DNA of 54,829 bases, the filler included, from Sluysia triapertura (lineage: Eukaryota), in NCBI GenBank assembly GCA_046118255.1. It is 4 parts of 4 records of this genome, joined end to end, with 100 filler letters (N's around TTAATTAATTAA, not from the genome) between each part and the next. Parts side by side here need not be neighbours in the genome. Positions count along the whole stretch, not along the records: positions 27,218 to 43,279 come from JBJNIA010211365.1; positions 43,380 to 54,829 come from JBJNIA010184601.1; 2 more parts are not named here. One strand, written 5' to 3'. Below the pieces are notes generated by a model, which did no database searches, was not told where the DNA came from, and worked only from the letters and a program-made list of their open reading frames with translations. Of the stretch, positions 42,476-53,759 are shown in pieces. Position numbers and translations under genes: made by a program. How positions within the stretch are numbered: position 1 is the stretch's first letter; each line of letters opens with the position of its first letter.

Positions 42476-43204
42476 GTAAGTGTATATTTATCTTTGTTTA
42501 CTAAATCAAATAAAATATTCTTCTATGACTTTGATGTGTAGCAGTTATCAATGTTTAATACCTTTTTGCATTGTAAGTATTTTAGATATTGAAAGTTTTT
42601 TAGGGAATAAGTTCATGTTTTTGATAAATGAAGTATTCATGAGTCGAGTGATTGTTATGGAACTATTTGGAATTTGTCATATGTATTTATTAGTGCATGG
42701 ACTTTTATATCTAAAAGGCAATGAATCTGAAGATAGGATAACAAGAGCACATATCATTAAGTCGTCGAGTGAAATACCTTGTATTTGAAGCATTATTGTC
42801 AAAATGTACTCATTTTACATTTGATATTTTGTTTAGTTAGTAGAATAGATACACTCATAAGTATTTTTATAAATTTCACTCATGAATCTTATTTAACCAT
42901 GGTACCGTAGTTATAATATTTTAACTCTTTGTTTAATATTATCAGGTTTCTTTCAACCTGAGTCTTAATATCACTAGAACTTTATGTGAACGATGGACAC
43001 TCCATTTTAAATGTTTCCCTAAAATATAAATCAAATACATATAAATATAAATTTAATATCATAATATTTCTGAGTCTTCTATTGTCTATGTTCTAATGTG
43101 TATTAATTATGTACGGATATTAACTTTATTCAAAATTTTAATGTAAAAATTATTTTAGTGTTATGAGTTATGAATAATTGAATGTGCTTAAACGTACTCT
43201 ATAT

Positions 43205-43279
43205 CAGTGATTCTCAGCCTTTTTTTGTTGCGGCACTATTTTAAAGATTTCAAAATTTGGCGGCACAGTTTAAAAATTA
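43205..43279 (+). mobile_element. hAT (Charlie-like) terminus cut by contig end
   Basis: CAGTGATTCTCAGCCTTTTTT followed by two GCGGCAC subterminal repeats. Confidence 0.6.
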
Positions 43280-43379
43280 NNNNNNNNNNNNNNNNNNNNN
43301 NNNNNNNNNNNNNNNNNNNNNNNTTAATTAATTAANNNNNNNNNNNNNNNNNNNNNNNNNNNNNNNNNNNNNNNNNNNN
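43280..43379. other. Artificial contig join
   Basis: N44-TTAATTAATTAA-N44. Confidence 0.97.
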
Positions 43380-44621
43380 TTGTACTTTTTTACTTTTAAA
43401 TTAAGCATTTTAATTTAATTAATTTTTTATTTGAATTAACTTTTATTAGATTATTAGTTTTATAATTATTTTTCTATTTAAACAAATAATTAATAATTTA
43501 ATTATTATGATCCAAAATTTTCAGAATTTCTTTAAAAATATTGATATTTACACTTCATTTATATACACTTCTCACAGTAATCTTAAAAAATTTTATTTAT
43601 TCTTTATTTGGACCCACACATCAATTTTAAAAATTTTTCGATTTCTTTATCTGGTTCACTTGGAATTCAATTGACACATCAATCTTAAAATTTTCTAATT
43701 CCGTGGATTTTGATTGATTACACAGATAAACATTTGGTTTACTCGTTAATTTTTTTATATTAAGTTCGCAAAATCAACTTTAAATCGCTAATTTTATTTT
43801 GATCGCCTTTTTAATTTGGGAGACGAAAAAATTAAACTAAATCTTTAAATTTGATTATATTAATCTGGTAATATATTATATTATACTTAATATTTTATAT
43901 AAATTTTCGCTATTTTTTACTTGAAAATTATACGTAGGGTGCGCCGATTTTACTCGGTCGTAAAATCCACTAAAAATATTAAAAGACGATTTAAAACACC
44001 GTATTTTCTATATGGTAGTAAACCTCGACGTAAATTCTCATCTATTAAATTCTAACTGATTATTGACTTTGCACTGCATAAAATAGTTGACCATTTAAAA
44101 ATCATTACTTACCTCCATTTACTGTTTTCTTTTGTTTGCTACTTACAACTTAGCCCTTAAGTGAGTAAGACTAAGATTGTAAGGGACTCACCACATAAAT
44201 TAAGAAAACAATAACACAAAACTTTTCTGCACTGAAATTATAATGCTTTTATATTAATTTAAAATGAAAAAGCATAGAATTAATATAAATTTAGTAATAA
44301 TCAATTTTAAATTGAAATTATATAAACAATCATTTTAAAATGAGATTCTACGAAGACAATATGAAATTAAAATTTATAAACGTCAAACTTTACTATTATA
44401 ATCAATAAATCATTTTAAAATAAGAATCAATAATATGAAATCAAACTTTAAGAAGATAAAATTCGACTAAAATTATCTTACAAACATGATTTAGAATATT
44501 ATATGGAAGATAAAGTCATACTAGATTGAGATTAAATAGAACTAGTATATAATCAAAAATTAATAATAAAATTAACTTAAATTAAAAATTTGATATAATA
44601 AACAAAAGTTATGCAAAAGCG

Positions 44622-44692
44622 TTAATAATAATAATAAATTAATTTATATTGCGCTCATATCTACTGCAAAGTACTCAAAAGCGCTTGAGGTA
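44622..44692 (-). mobile_element. Short L2 3'-tail fragment
   Basis: TTGCGCT(C/T)ATATCTACTGCAAAGTA shared with ~16328-16352, next to an AAT-repeat tail. Confidence 0.7.
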
Positions 44693-45148
44693 AATCATTC
44701 ACCATATTTCTGAAAAAGAAATAATTTTGCCTTTTTCTTAAACTCTAAATAAACAATTTTTACTAAAAATGTTTTAATTTTAAACACTTTTACAATCAAA
44801 TGGTTCTAATTAAAATTATAAAAAAGTTTCTTCATCAATATTTAAAACATTTACTTGATTGCAACATTTATTTAATAAATCGAAATGCAAAATACTGAAT
44901 TATCTTTAAGGCCATGCATGCCAAATAAGTTGATGAATGAAAGATCAAAATCATACGCAATTAATTTTTTCCAAAACATTAAAGATCCAAGTTTTTTAAT
45001 TAATTATTTTATTATCAAGAATCAATTTTAGCAGTTATTGTTTTAGTCAAGATATTAATAGCATCTTATTTACTATGAGAATCAATATTATTATTTGATA
45101 TGCAGACAAAATTCAACAAAGAAATTTAGATAACTATTAATATCTAAC

Positions 45149-45873
45149 TTGATTTTGCCAGATAATCAATTGAAGGTTTGGGATTATCACGAGATGTTGT
45201 TTTGATTATGTGGACTTTACCAAGCTCATTGCTTCGTAAAACATTATAAACTTTCATAATGGAAGGGTCGAAACGGCTAAATAATAAAATATCAAAATAA
45301 CTACAGTGTCGCAAAATTCTATATTCCGTTTAAACAAAATAAAAAATCGTGAAATTAATAGTTAAAAGCAATAGATATTATTCAAATAAAAGGCTTCGGG
45401 TTTATAATATTAAAACTGCATTAAATTAATTAAAATTTTCATATATCGAATTAAAAATTACCGATTTAGGGAGCAATGTAACGGTAAATTAAGTTTTGCT
45501 GCTACATCATAACATTTGATTGTGCCTTCCACTGATGAAGATATTGGTTTTTCACAAAATACAGCCTTTCCTGTAAAAATTAATGACACTACTAATACTA
45601 ACCATAATTTAACGATTGGATTATCAACTTTTCGTGAGAATCTGTATAAGTGCATATGATTACACCATCTAATTCGGGATCCTGTAAAATTCTGTCTAAT
45701 TCATCAGCAGTTAAAAATTTTATGTTATTAAATGTTTTTTGTAATTCTATAAGTTTTTCTTTATCTATATCAATAGCATAAGCCAAAGTTGCTCTTGCTG
45801 AATTAAGAATATTCTTCAGGTGTATTGTTCCAGCCCTTCCTATTCCAACTAAAGCTAATTTATAAAGTTTCAT
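45149..45873 (-). CDS. Gfo/Idh/MocA oxidoreductase, myo-inositol 2-dehydrogenase-like, first three exons
   Basis: Exons 45873-45603, 45570-45462 and 45276-45149. Rossmann LVGIGRAGTIH, GKAVFCEKP, LNRRFDP, IIKTTSRDNPKP. Later exons not identified. Confidence 0.9.
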
Positions 45874-46189
45874 AATTAATTACAAATGGTGGTTATGTTT
45901 CTTAAATTGAAAATAAAAGCTTATATACTCTTACTGTAACCTTGAAATTATATTTACTAATGTATTACTAATCAGCATTATTTTAAGAATAAAGTAACTT
46001 ATGTTATGAAATACTTAAGATTTAAAAATCAACAGATGATATATACATAATTTAAATTTCATCTTTAACTGCAAAATAACAAGATTTTGACTTAAAAATT
46101 TTATAATTAATTTTAAATAAATCTTCAGTTCTATTAATTTTTTAAACAAATCTTCAAGTATTTTACCTTAAATTATAGCGATTATATCA

Positions 46190-47345
46190 GAAGCAACGAA
46201 CCCATGGCACGGGAAAATTTTTTGACGCGAGAAAAATATAAATTATAATATGAAATAATATTAAAATTGAGGATGAATTTAACATATATTCATGAATTTT
46301 GTTTTTATTTTTGACCTTCAAATACGCATCCAAGAAAAAACAAGTTATTCGTTGATCAAAAAGTATGAAATGTTACTTAAAGAAGATAATATTCTAAGTG
46401 CTTCATTTCCAGTTCTTTAATATGCAGACATATTGAAACCAACATGCAGTCTTAGAAAAAGCAATGAAAAACAGTTAATTTCAAAGTAACTCTATAATTC
46501 TACAGAAATATTATGGATTTAACAAAAATTAATCATGAAAACGAAGATGAAACAATTGAATTTGACATTAAAAATATAACTTATTATTATCTAATAAGTT
46601 TACTAATTTCAAGAAATACAAGATGTTATCTAAGTTAAAATATTATAAAACTTGTATAACAAAAATAATGAAACAATTAAAAGCAAAATATAAAGATATT
46701 AATGATTGAGTAGATAGTGGTCAATATAAATTAATTATAAACAAACAGATCAGTAGGGCTGCAGATAAAGAAGAATTTAAAATAATTGTGGTTTACATTA
46801 TATTTCAATCTGACAAAGTAAAATACTGACCACAATCAAGATAGATAAGATTATAGATTTTGTCAATAAGTAAATTAAACTTATTGTAAAAATATAATAA
46901 GAAGAAAAGAAAATCAGAATCCTAATAAACCATATAATATATTGGAAATTTATTTGACAATATTAAAATACTGAGTATAGCCATACCTAAAATATGTAAT
47001 TCCACAAATAATATGCTTTTTGTAGTAATATTGTTGGCCATGTTCGGCATAAATAAAAATAGTGCAAAAAAAGCGTTAGATTGTAAGCAACAAAAATAGG
47101 AAGAAAATTTTCTTTATTAGATACTTAAAATCGTCCAGTATCAAAACTTAAACGAATTAAGACAAAAGACACAAAAATTTAAAATCTTTATCTTAGTGAC
47201 GGCATCAGTGAGAGAGTATATTGTACTGTAGTCATTACAGTCGCTTTTCAATAACTGAATTGTTAAACGTTTTAAAAATCTTTCAAGATATTGTCCGACC
47301 AATGTTGAGATGCTTTTGAAACTGGATATATAAGTTTAAATAAAA
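46190..47345 (+). mobile_element. Heavily decayed hAT transposase remnant
   Basis: SERVY (~47207) and PTNVEMLLKL (~47295) resemble the hAT C-terminal dimerisation domain; left boundary uncertain. Confidence 0.4.
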
Positions 47346-47406
47346 TAGATAAATTAAGAATAAAGAATAATGAGAAAATGTTTTATAATATTAGAACTGC
47401 AGGTAT

Positions 47407-48000
47407 TGTATTGTCAAGGTGTTGCAGGAGTTTCTATTGAAAGCTTAAAAATTCTTATTCTTAACTGCAAGTTATCTGAGGAGTCGGTTTGCCTCTATAT
47501 TGAAGACGTACTATTGGGATTTTTATGACTTAACTTAATTATAACTTAACTTAATTAACTTTAGATAAAACTCTTTACTTATAACTTACGTCTTATCTGA
47601 CGATGTCTAATTAATTTATGATACAACCTTTTACGAGGTGTTGTCTAATTGAAATTATACATTTTATAATTGCGCAATCCGTATTAAGGAATTTCTCGCA
47701 AGAGACATTAGTATTTTAGAAGATTAAGCAACCCTTGTTAAGGTGTTGCTTGACAAAACGAATTTTAAAAGTTTATTAAATTAAAAACTCTAATATTCTT
47801 AAAGTATATTATCCACAAAGACTAATCAAAAATTCGTGAAAGATTAAGACTATAATAATGATAATAATTTAGTTAACTACTGAACCTCTGTTAGCAGTTT
47901 TAGAAAATTTTAAATAAGTTTCGCAATCCGTATTAAAGTGTTGCATGAAATAAAAAAGATTTTAAGTCAAAGTTATGTTTCCTATTAAAGTGAAACAAAA
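47407..48000 (-). repeat. Candidate 3' LTR of the Gypsy-like element
   Basis: Minus-strand end reads ...ACAATACA; minus-strand TATA-like at ~47495; internal repeats CGCAATCCGTATTAA (x2) and GTGTTG (x4). No partner LTR in the window. Confidence 0.35.
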
Positions 48001-48618
48001 GCCTTATATAAAAATTAATTACTTGTATTGCATGGAATAAATAAATAATAAATAAAGAAATTATTTTAAATAATTAACTTGCTTTAAACAATAATTTATA
48101 TTTTAAACAATAATTAAAAATTTTGATTTTTTTAAATAAATTTTTTAATTTTTTAATTTTATAATTTTTACTTTAATTTTCTTAAATAAATTTTTAATTT
48201 TTGATTTTATTTTTTAATAATTTTTTACTATTATTTAATTTTCTTTTTTTAATAATATTAATTTTTTATTTCTGGGATTCCATGTTAATTTAATATTTAA
48301 TAATTAATTTATATTCTAAAATAATTACATTCTGACACTAAAACAATTTATTCTGACATTACAAAACTTTATAATTTAAATTAATACAAATTATAATCCA
48401 CATTAATAATCATTAATAATATTTACAAAATTTAATAATCATTAATAGTATATCAACAATCATTAATCATTAATATTATTTACAATTTACTTCACTGTTA
48501 GGGAAAATTCGTCCCGAATCATAAAAGCATTGCTGTAAAAATATAATAAGATATAAGGATCATAATAAATCATAAAATGTAAGGATCACGTAAAAAAGTT
48601 ACTAGTTAGATGTAAGTG

Positions 48619-50519
48619 TTAGTTTGAATCGTATATGTCGATATCGGATGCGTCACTACAGGACGTTGGATCTGCTGGGCTGCTCATAGATTGATAACGA
48701 TACTTCTTGTAAGTTTTGAATGTCGTATTATGCCCAAATGGGACGTTAGTAGGTTTGGGAGAATGTTAGTAGTCTGGTACTGCTTTTATGAGTTTAGACG
48801 GTATTGTTGTCAATGATGACGACGACGATGATGATGTTAGCGCGGCATTGCGTAGCGTACTTTTTTGTTGTGACGATGTTGATAATGGCATTGACATTGA
48901 TTCTGATGGAGCCACGAAAGTATCTTTAGACTTAGAAGGCGTAGAGAAAAGTAGGGGAGGAGGAAGAGAGAAGTTCGGTATAAAAGTTAGATCTTTCTCA
49001 CGGATTAGATCCAGTAAAGACATCCACGAGCAGATCATACGAGGCGGTATCGGATATAGCAGTCTAAAAGTTAGTCTTCCCCTTAAAATAGCATTATCGG
49101 TTGTATAAAACAAAAGATTATTATTTGTAAGATTAATTAACGCTTTAAGCCAACTGAACGGTAGATTAAGATCTTTAATAATAAGACACGGGTTCAAAGA
49201 CACCGTGATCTTATCGTGCAGATGTCCTAACAGAAAGTGGCGGACATCATCAATATCTTTAGTGTCGGAGATATCTGAGTCTTTGATCTCCTGAATGTAT
49301 CTTACGAAGTTTTTGATACGTAATTGAGGTTTTATATTTATGTCGGTGTGATATTGTTTAGAATATGGGACGCAAGATATTTTTGTAATATGAGGACGGT
49401 TCAAGAAATCAAAAACGTATGAATAAGCTATGAAAACTAATCGGTCCTCATCATAAGCAGACATAGGCGGAACATGTGTAAAAGAAGTTTCGTTCTGCCA
49501 ACACGCCGTATTAGCAACATCGTCCTTATAAAGATTAGGGAAGAAGGATTGAAAGGAAGAAGGTGGCAAGGGATAAAGAAAAGCAATTGATGTGGGGCTT
49601 CTACTACTATATTACATTTTTTATAGATATTAGTGACATTCAATGAAGAAAAACTGTGGAAACTGGTTGTAAAAGGTACCCCGCTGTTTATTACGACACC
49701 TCGTGCCACAACTAAATATAAGGAGTTTATGGATTCAGGAACTTGAGAAAGGCCGTCTAGTCACACAAAAAGAGAGTTGGAAGTTAACGCGAAGATATGC
49801 GTGGCTAAATTGATATCTAATTCTGATTTAAGACTATTGGGGGTTTCAACAGAACAAGAAAAGAAGGCAGGGATGATACTTTCGTGGCAATACTTGTCCA
49901 TATATACATAAAAAGTTTTTTGTTGGTTGACTAACTTCGCTTGAATATGGCTATAAAGGAAGAAGGAAACGTAAAACCATACATGAAAATTTTAAATAAG
50001 TAAGCTATTAATTTATTATATTATTTTATTCTTAAATAATAAATATAATTAGGTAATTTTAGAACACCCTATCTTTTCTTCAAAAAAGGATTAATAGGCT
50101 ATGAGGATGTTGGCAATTGCGTCTCTTTTTCCTTATAAAAGTGTTTTAATTGACGCCTTCTTTTATTGCGTCTTTGTGATTTAGACAAGTTTTTTGGAAA
50201 ATTTGGGGGAGGTCTTACCTACCCTTTCCTACTAAAGTTTTTTCTTTTAATAATTGACGCCGGTTGATAAATATCAATTCCGGGCCCCTCGGAAGCATCC
50301 GTTATATACTTAACGGTAAAGGCATAAGAACGTGCGTTTATAGTAGATATCGCACTCAATGATGGTTGTTCCGCATAGTGGGCAAACAGGTAAATGTGAA
50401 GGCGAAGATTCAAAAAGGCTGTATAGACAGAAAAAATGGAAGCGGTGAAAACATGGAGAAGTTTTTGCAAAATACTTTGGAATGGAGCGGAGATAAACAG
50501 CGCAGGTAGAATATGACAC
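48619..50519 (-). pseudogene. Two-exon orphan gene, decayed, probably cargo of the Gypsy-like element
   Basis: Intron 50222-49951 (GTAGGT...ttccttcttcctttatag) joins FSRKG|HIQAKLVNQQKTFYVYMDKYCHE in frame. Two frameshifts and two premature stops; Ser/Pro-rich tail ending DIDIYDSN*. Confidence 0.6.
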
Positions 50520-50800
50520 TGTCTAACCGCAAAGAAAATATGTAATAAGATGATAAATGAGTATTAATAAAAATATTAAAAATCCTAAACCTAAATAAAA
50601 GTTAAATAATATTTTAGTTTGTGAATGACTCGAGATGGATGGTACACTATCACATACAGTCATTTACACGATCATTACTATTTCTAATAACAAATTTAAT
50701 ATTTATCCTTATGATTTTTATATTACACATGACCCAAGTTGAATGGGAGTACCATTACAAATGGCCAATTGTGTAATGTGTATTAAATTTTACATAAAAT

Positions 50801-53328
50801 CTAAATGAAAAAATGGGCCCTATACCTAATGAATAAGTAGAATTTTGGGATAATAAAGTTAATCATTAATGTTATTAAGGAAATTGTTATTAAAATGTAA
50901 TTAAAAGTTATGATGAAATTATTGATGGATTTCATTAGAGCTGGGAACTCAATATTATTTTTACTTATACTCATACTTATATTTGTAGCATTCGAACTCA
51001 TATTCATATTCCTGTTATAAGACATTCGTAAAATTGTTATTGATTTTTAGCGTTTTCTCTGATTTCGTATTGTTAGACTTCGTAAAATGGACTGACCGTG
51101 GATCGAACCCGGAACCTCTCGCTGCGCTATCACTGAGCTATCAGCCCCGTCTAACGATTTTATTTTATTATAGTCAATTTTACCAAATGGCACTTTAGGC
51201 CTATTACCCCAACAGTATACGAATCGTTTTCGTACTTATCAATAACTGGTACTTGCACATCATGATGTCTGATCGTTGGCCAAAATCATTCCATATTTCT
51301 TAATATCCAAAACTTGATAAACATGAGTTTATTATTCGGAATATGATATAAGCGAATAGTATCGTTAGGCAATATCATTCCGTAACGTAAACCGACAGAC
51401 AATTCATATGCAATTATTAATGTATTACTATATAATGGATTATTGATACGTACGATATTTTCTAGATAACGATAGATACCCATTGGAAATTCAATTGATG
51501 TCGATGATTGTTGAACAACAAATGACTTAGTTCTAATATTATATGTCGGTGATTATTGAAAAGTAAATAGTTTAGTCCTTATTTTATAGTATCGTATTAA
51601 AATAGTCTTTGAGTCACTTTGAGAATCATATTCTCATTCTATAGTTATCGTTACACTAATTAATTGATATTCAGCAAGATCAATGCAAGATATAAACCAG
51701 TAGAAATCTTGTTTACTTGCTCTTATTTCGGTTTCACATCAATCCATTATACAACATTTTATTTGGACAGAAAATAAATTAATCTGATCTATTAATATTC
51801 TAGCGTAAATGTCTTTTTGAGTAGATACCAAAATTATCTTAAGCGAAGTATTTCTTGAGAAGTAATTCGTGCTTGATATACAAGATAGATAGGTGCATAT
51901 TAAGATGGTTGATTTTACTTGAGTCATTTGCCAATTTCCATATATAAGTGGAACTTGATTATTTGTAGCGTATTCATAAATTGGAGGTAGAAGTATCGTC
52001 ATATCCGGTGGAGTGTAATTATTTCGATGTGGTATTGTATATGCATCGTCGTCATCATTGTAATTGTTATACGGTATTTATTTGATACAAACATAATAAT
52101 CGTTAATAATACTATAGCAAGAGCAATTCCGAACAATATTACTGATATTATTAGTATTACCAATGCTGGATTATTCCGTAGTGTTTCTAATATTGTTAAG
52201 TGTTTCCTGGTTCCTTTAAATGCAAAATGCAAATATTTTGATGAATGCCGAATTTTCACAATAATATGTCTATCCTCGATAGGTAGTATGTTTGAACATA
52301 CTGTGGCTGGATATCTCAAGTCATTATCAATATAGTTTTCGTATATGGTCCATGAACTAAAATTAAGTCTGGCAAGTTTTAAACAGGCAACTTTGGCATG
52401 AATATTTTGATTCAATATTCTAACCCTTATTTCATTATCTCTATTATAAAAGTCAAAATGTTCTATTTTAAAAGAATGCTCATGGCATGGAATTACCGTA
52501 TCTATTGTAATTAAAATCAACGGTATAAGATTTTTATTATTTGTAGGAACTCGTACTGCCCTATTAATTTGAAACAAATAAAGTATGGTCCAAAGTGTAT
52601 ACAGTACCATGAAGATTAATAACATTATAAAGAATTTATAAGAGTGTTCCATGGTATCTTTGGTAGTCGAAATTTTTGAAGTGCATATCTGTTTCTTAGC
52701 TGTATTATAATTAAGCAATGTTGTTGGTACCTCTGTTGTTTTTCTATGTTCCAATTGTTTTACGTTTTCGATAAATTTCCAAATATCTGTGTATTTCTTT
52801 TGGTATTTAGAGAAAAGGTTATTAACATGGGTATGTAACCATAATGCAAAAAATGCGAAAAACCGTTTATATGATGTGGTAATGACTTTAAATAAATACA
52901 GTAGATTTCGAATTCATGTCTTAGTTTCATTTTCTTGGAAATAAATTCGAATTTCCAGTGTTGATTGTAGATATCAGTAATCATTATCAGTAGCCATGAT
53001 TTATAGCAATATTTATATTTTTGTATTCTTCATCCGTCTCCGTTGCCATAGCGTTAGTTACTAGTGATAGAATAATCATAATTAATACATATATCCAATA
53101 AGTTAGTTTCTTAAAACAATTTCTATTGAAACCATTTCTATTCTTTATATTGGTCATTATCATTATTGTGTCTTGAGCTTCAGAGCCAATACTTGATGAG
53201 TCCGGACTTTCCTCTGATGTAACTGTTGATGGTGATCCCCATGATACATCCGACATTTGAAGTTTAGATACAACGACATCGGGTAATGGTAAATCTGGAA
53301 ATTGTAATAGTGGATTCAAATTTGGCAT
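50801..53328 (-). pseudogene. Env-position multi-transmembrane polyprotein, disrupted by frameshifts, stops and an insertion
   Basis: Contiguous same-strand ORF pieces with repeated hydrophobic segments (YWIYVLIMIILSLV; FFIMLLIFMVLYTLW; LVILIISVILFGIALAIVLL; ILITISLITLMINFII) separated by hydrophilic domains with NxS/T sequons. Confidence 0.7.
51071..51214 (-). mobile_element. tRNA-containing solo-LTR-like element with GTAT target-site duplication
   Basis: TGTT...AACA termini with GTAT on both flanks; tRNA-like 51147-51088 with box A, box B and TTTT; inserted in the membrane-protein ORF. Confidence 0.9.
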
Positions 53329-53379
53329 TTAATGTAAGGTTAGTTCATCACCGACTGTGAAACTAGTAGTTGAGGTATA

Positions 53380-53700
53380 ATCATATTTGACCCTGGTTAT
53401 AAAACCATATTTAATGTGAATGACCATATCTTTTAATTTATTAATGACATCCATACCTAATATTAATTCGTACGGGCTACTATCCCAAACGTTTACTAAA
53501 ACTTGTACATATTGTCCTACTACTTATATATAGCACAATATAGTTCCGTTGATATTTATGGGTGTTTGATTAACATTATATGTTATTGTTCTTGATCCAT
53601 TTATAAATACTAAATCCCAACTAGTCAAAAAATTTTTATGAACTACTGATATAGTACCGCCGGTATCAACAATTGAGCTAACCCATCGCCTAGGTTATCT
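53380..53700 (-). pseudogene. Retropepsin-like aspartic protease downstream of integrase
   Basis: SSIVDTGGTISVV (DTG at 53667-53659), flap-like TYNVNQTPINING, and PYELILGMDVI (ILGMD 53463-53449); one internal stop. Confidence 0.85.
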
Positions 53701-53759
53701 CTATGAAGATGTATCATAAATATTACTTGTTTATGTCGTAGTGCATGAATTGAAGGCGG

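Noticed and set aside
45149-45873. Bacterial contaminant or recent HGT (iolG-like)
   Set aside because: Has spliceosomal introns and host-like composition; such dehydrogenases occur in invertebrates.
48788-49108. Plus-strand ORFs 48788-49108, 52027-52335, 2877-3119 and 4264-4449
   Set aside because: Antisense shadows of minus-strand coding sequence.
51999-53331. Stop-start junctions (TAAATG, TGATAATG, ATGA) suggesting an operon or termination-reinitiation
   Set aside because: At 52002 the alternative frame reads through as a sensible tail, and neighbouring IN and PR also carry lesions; mutational decay of one polyprotein is the simpler explanation.
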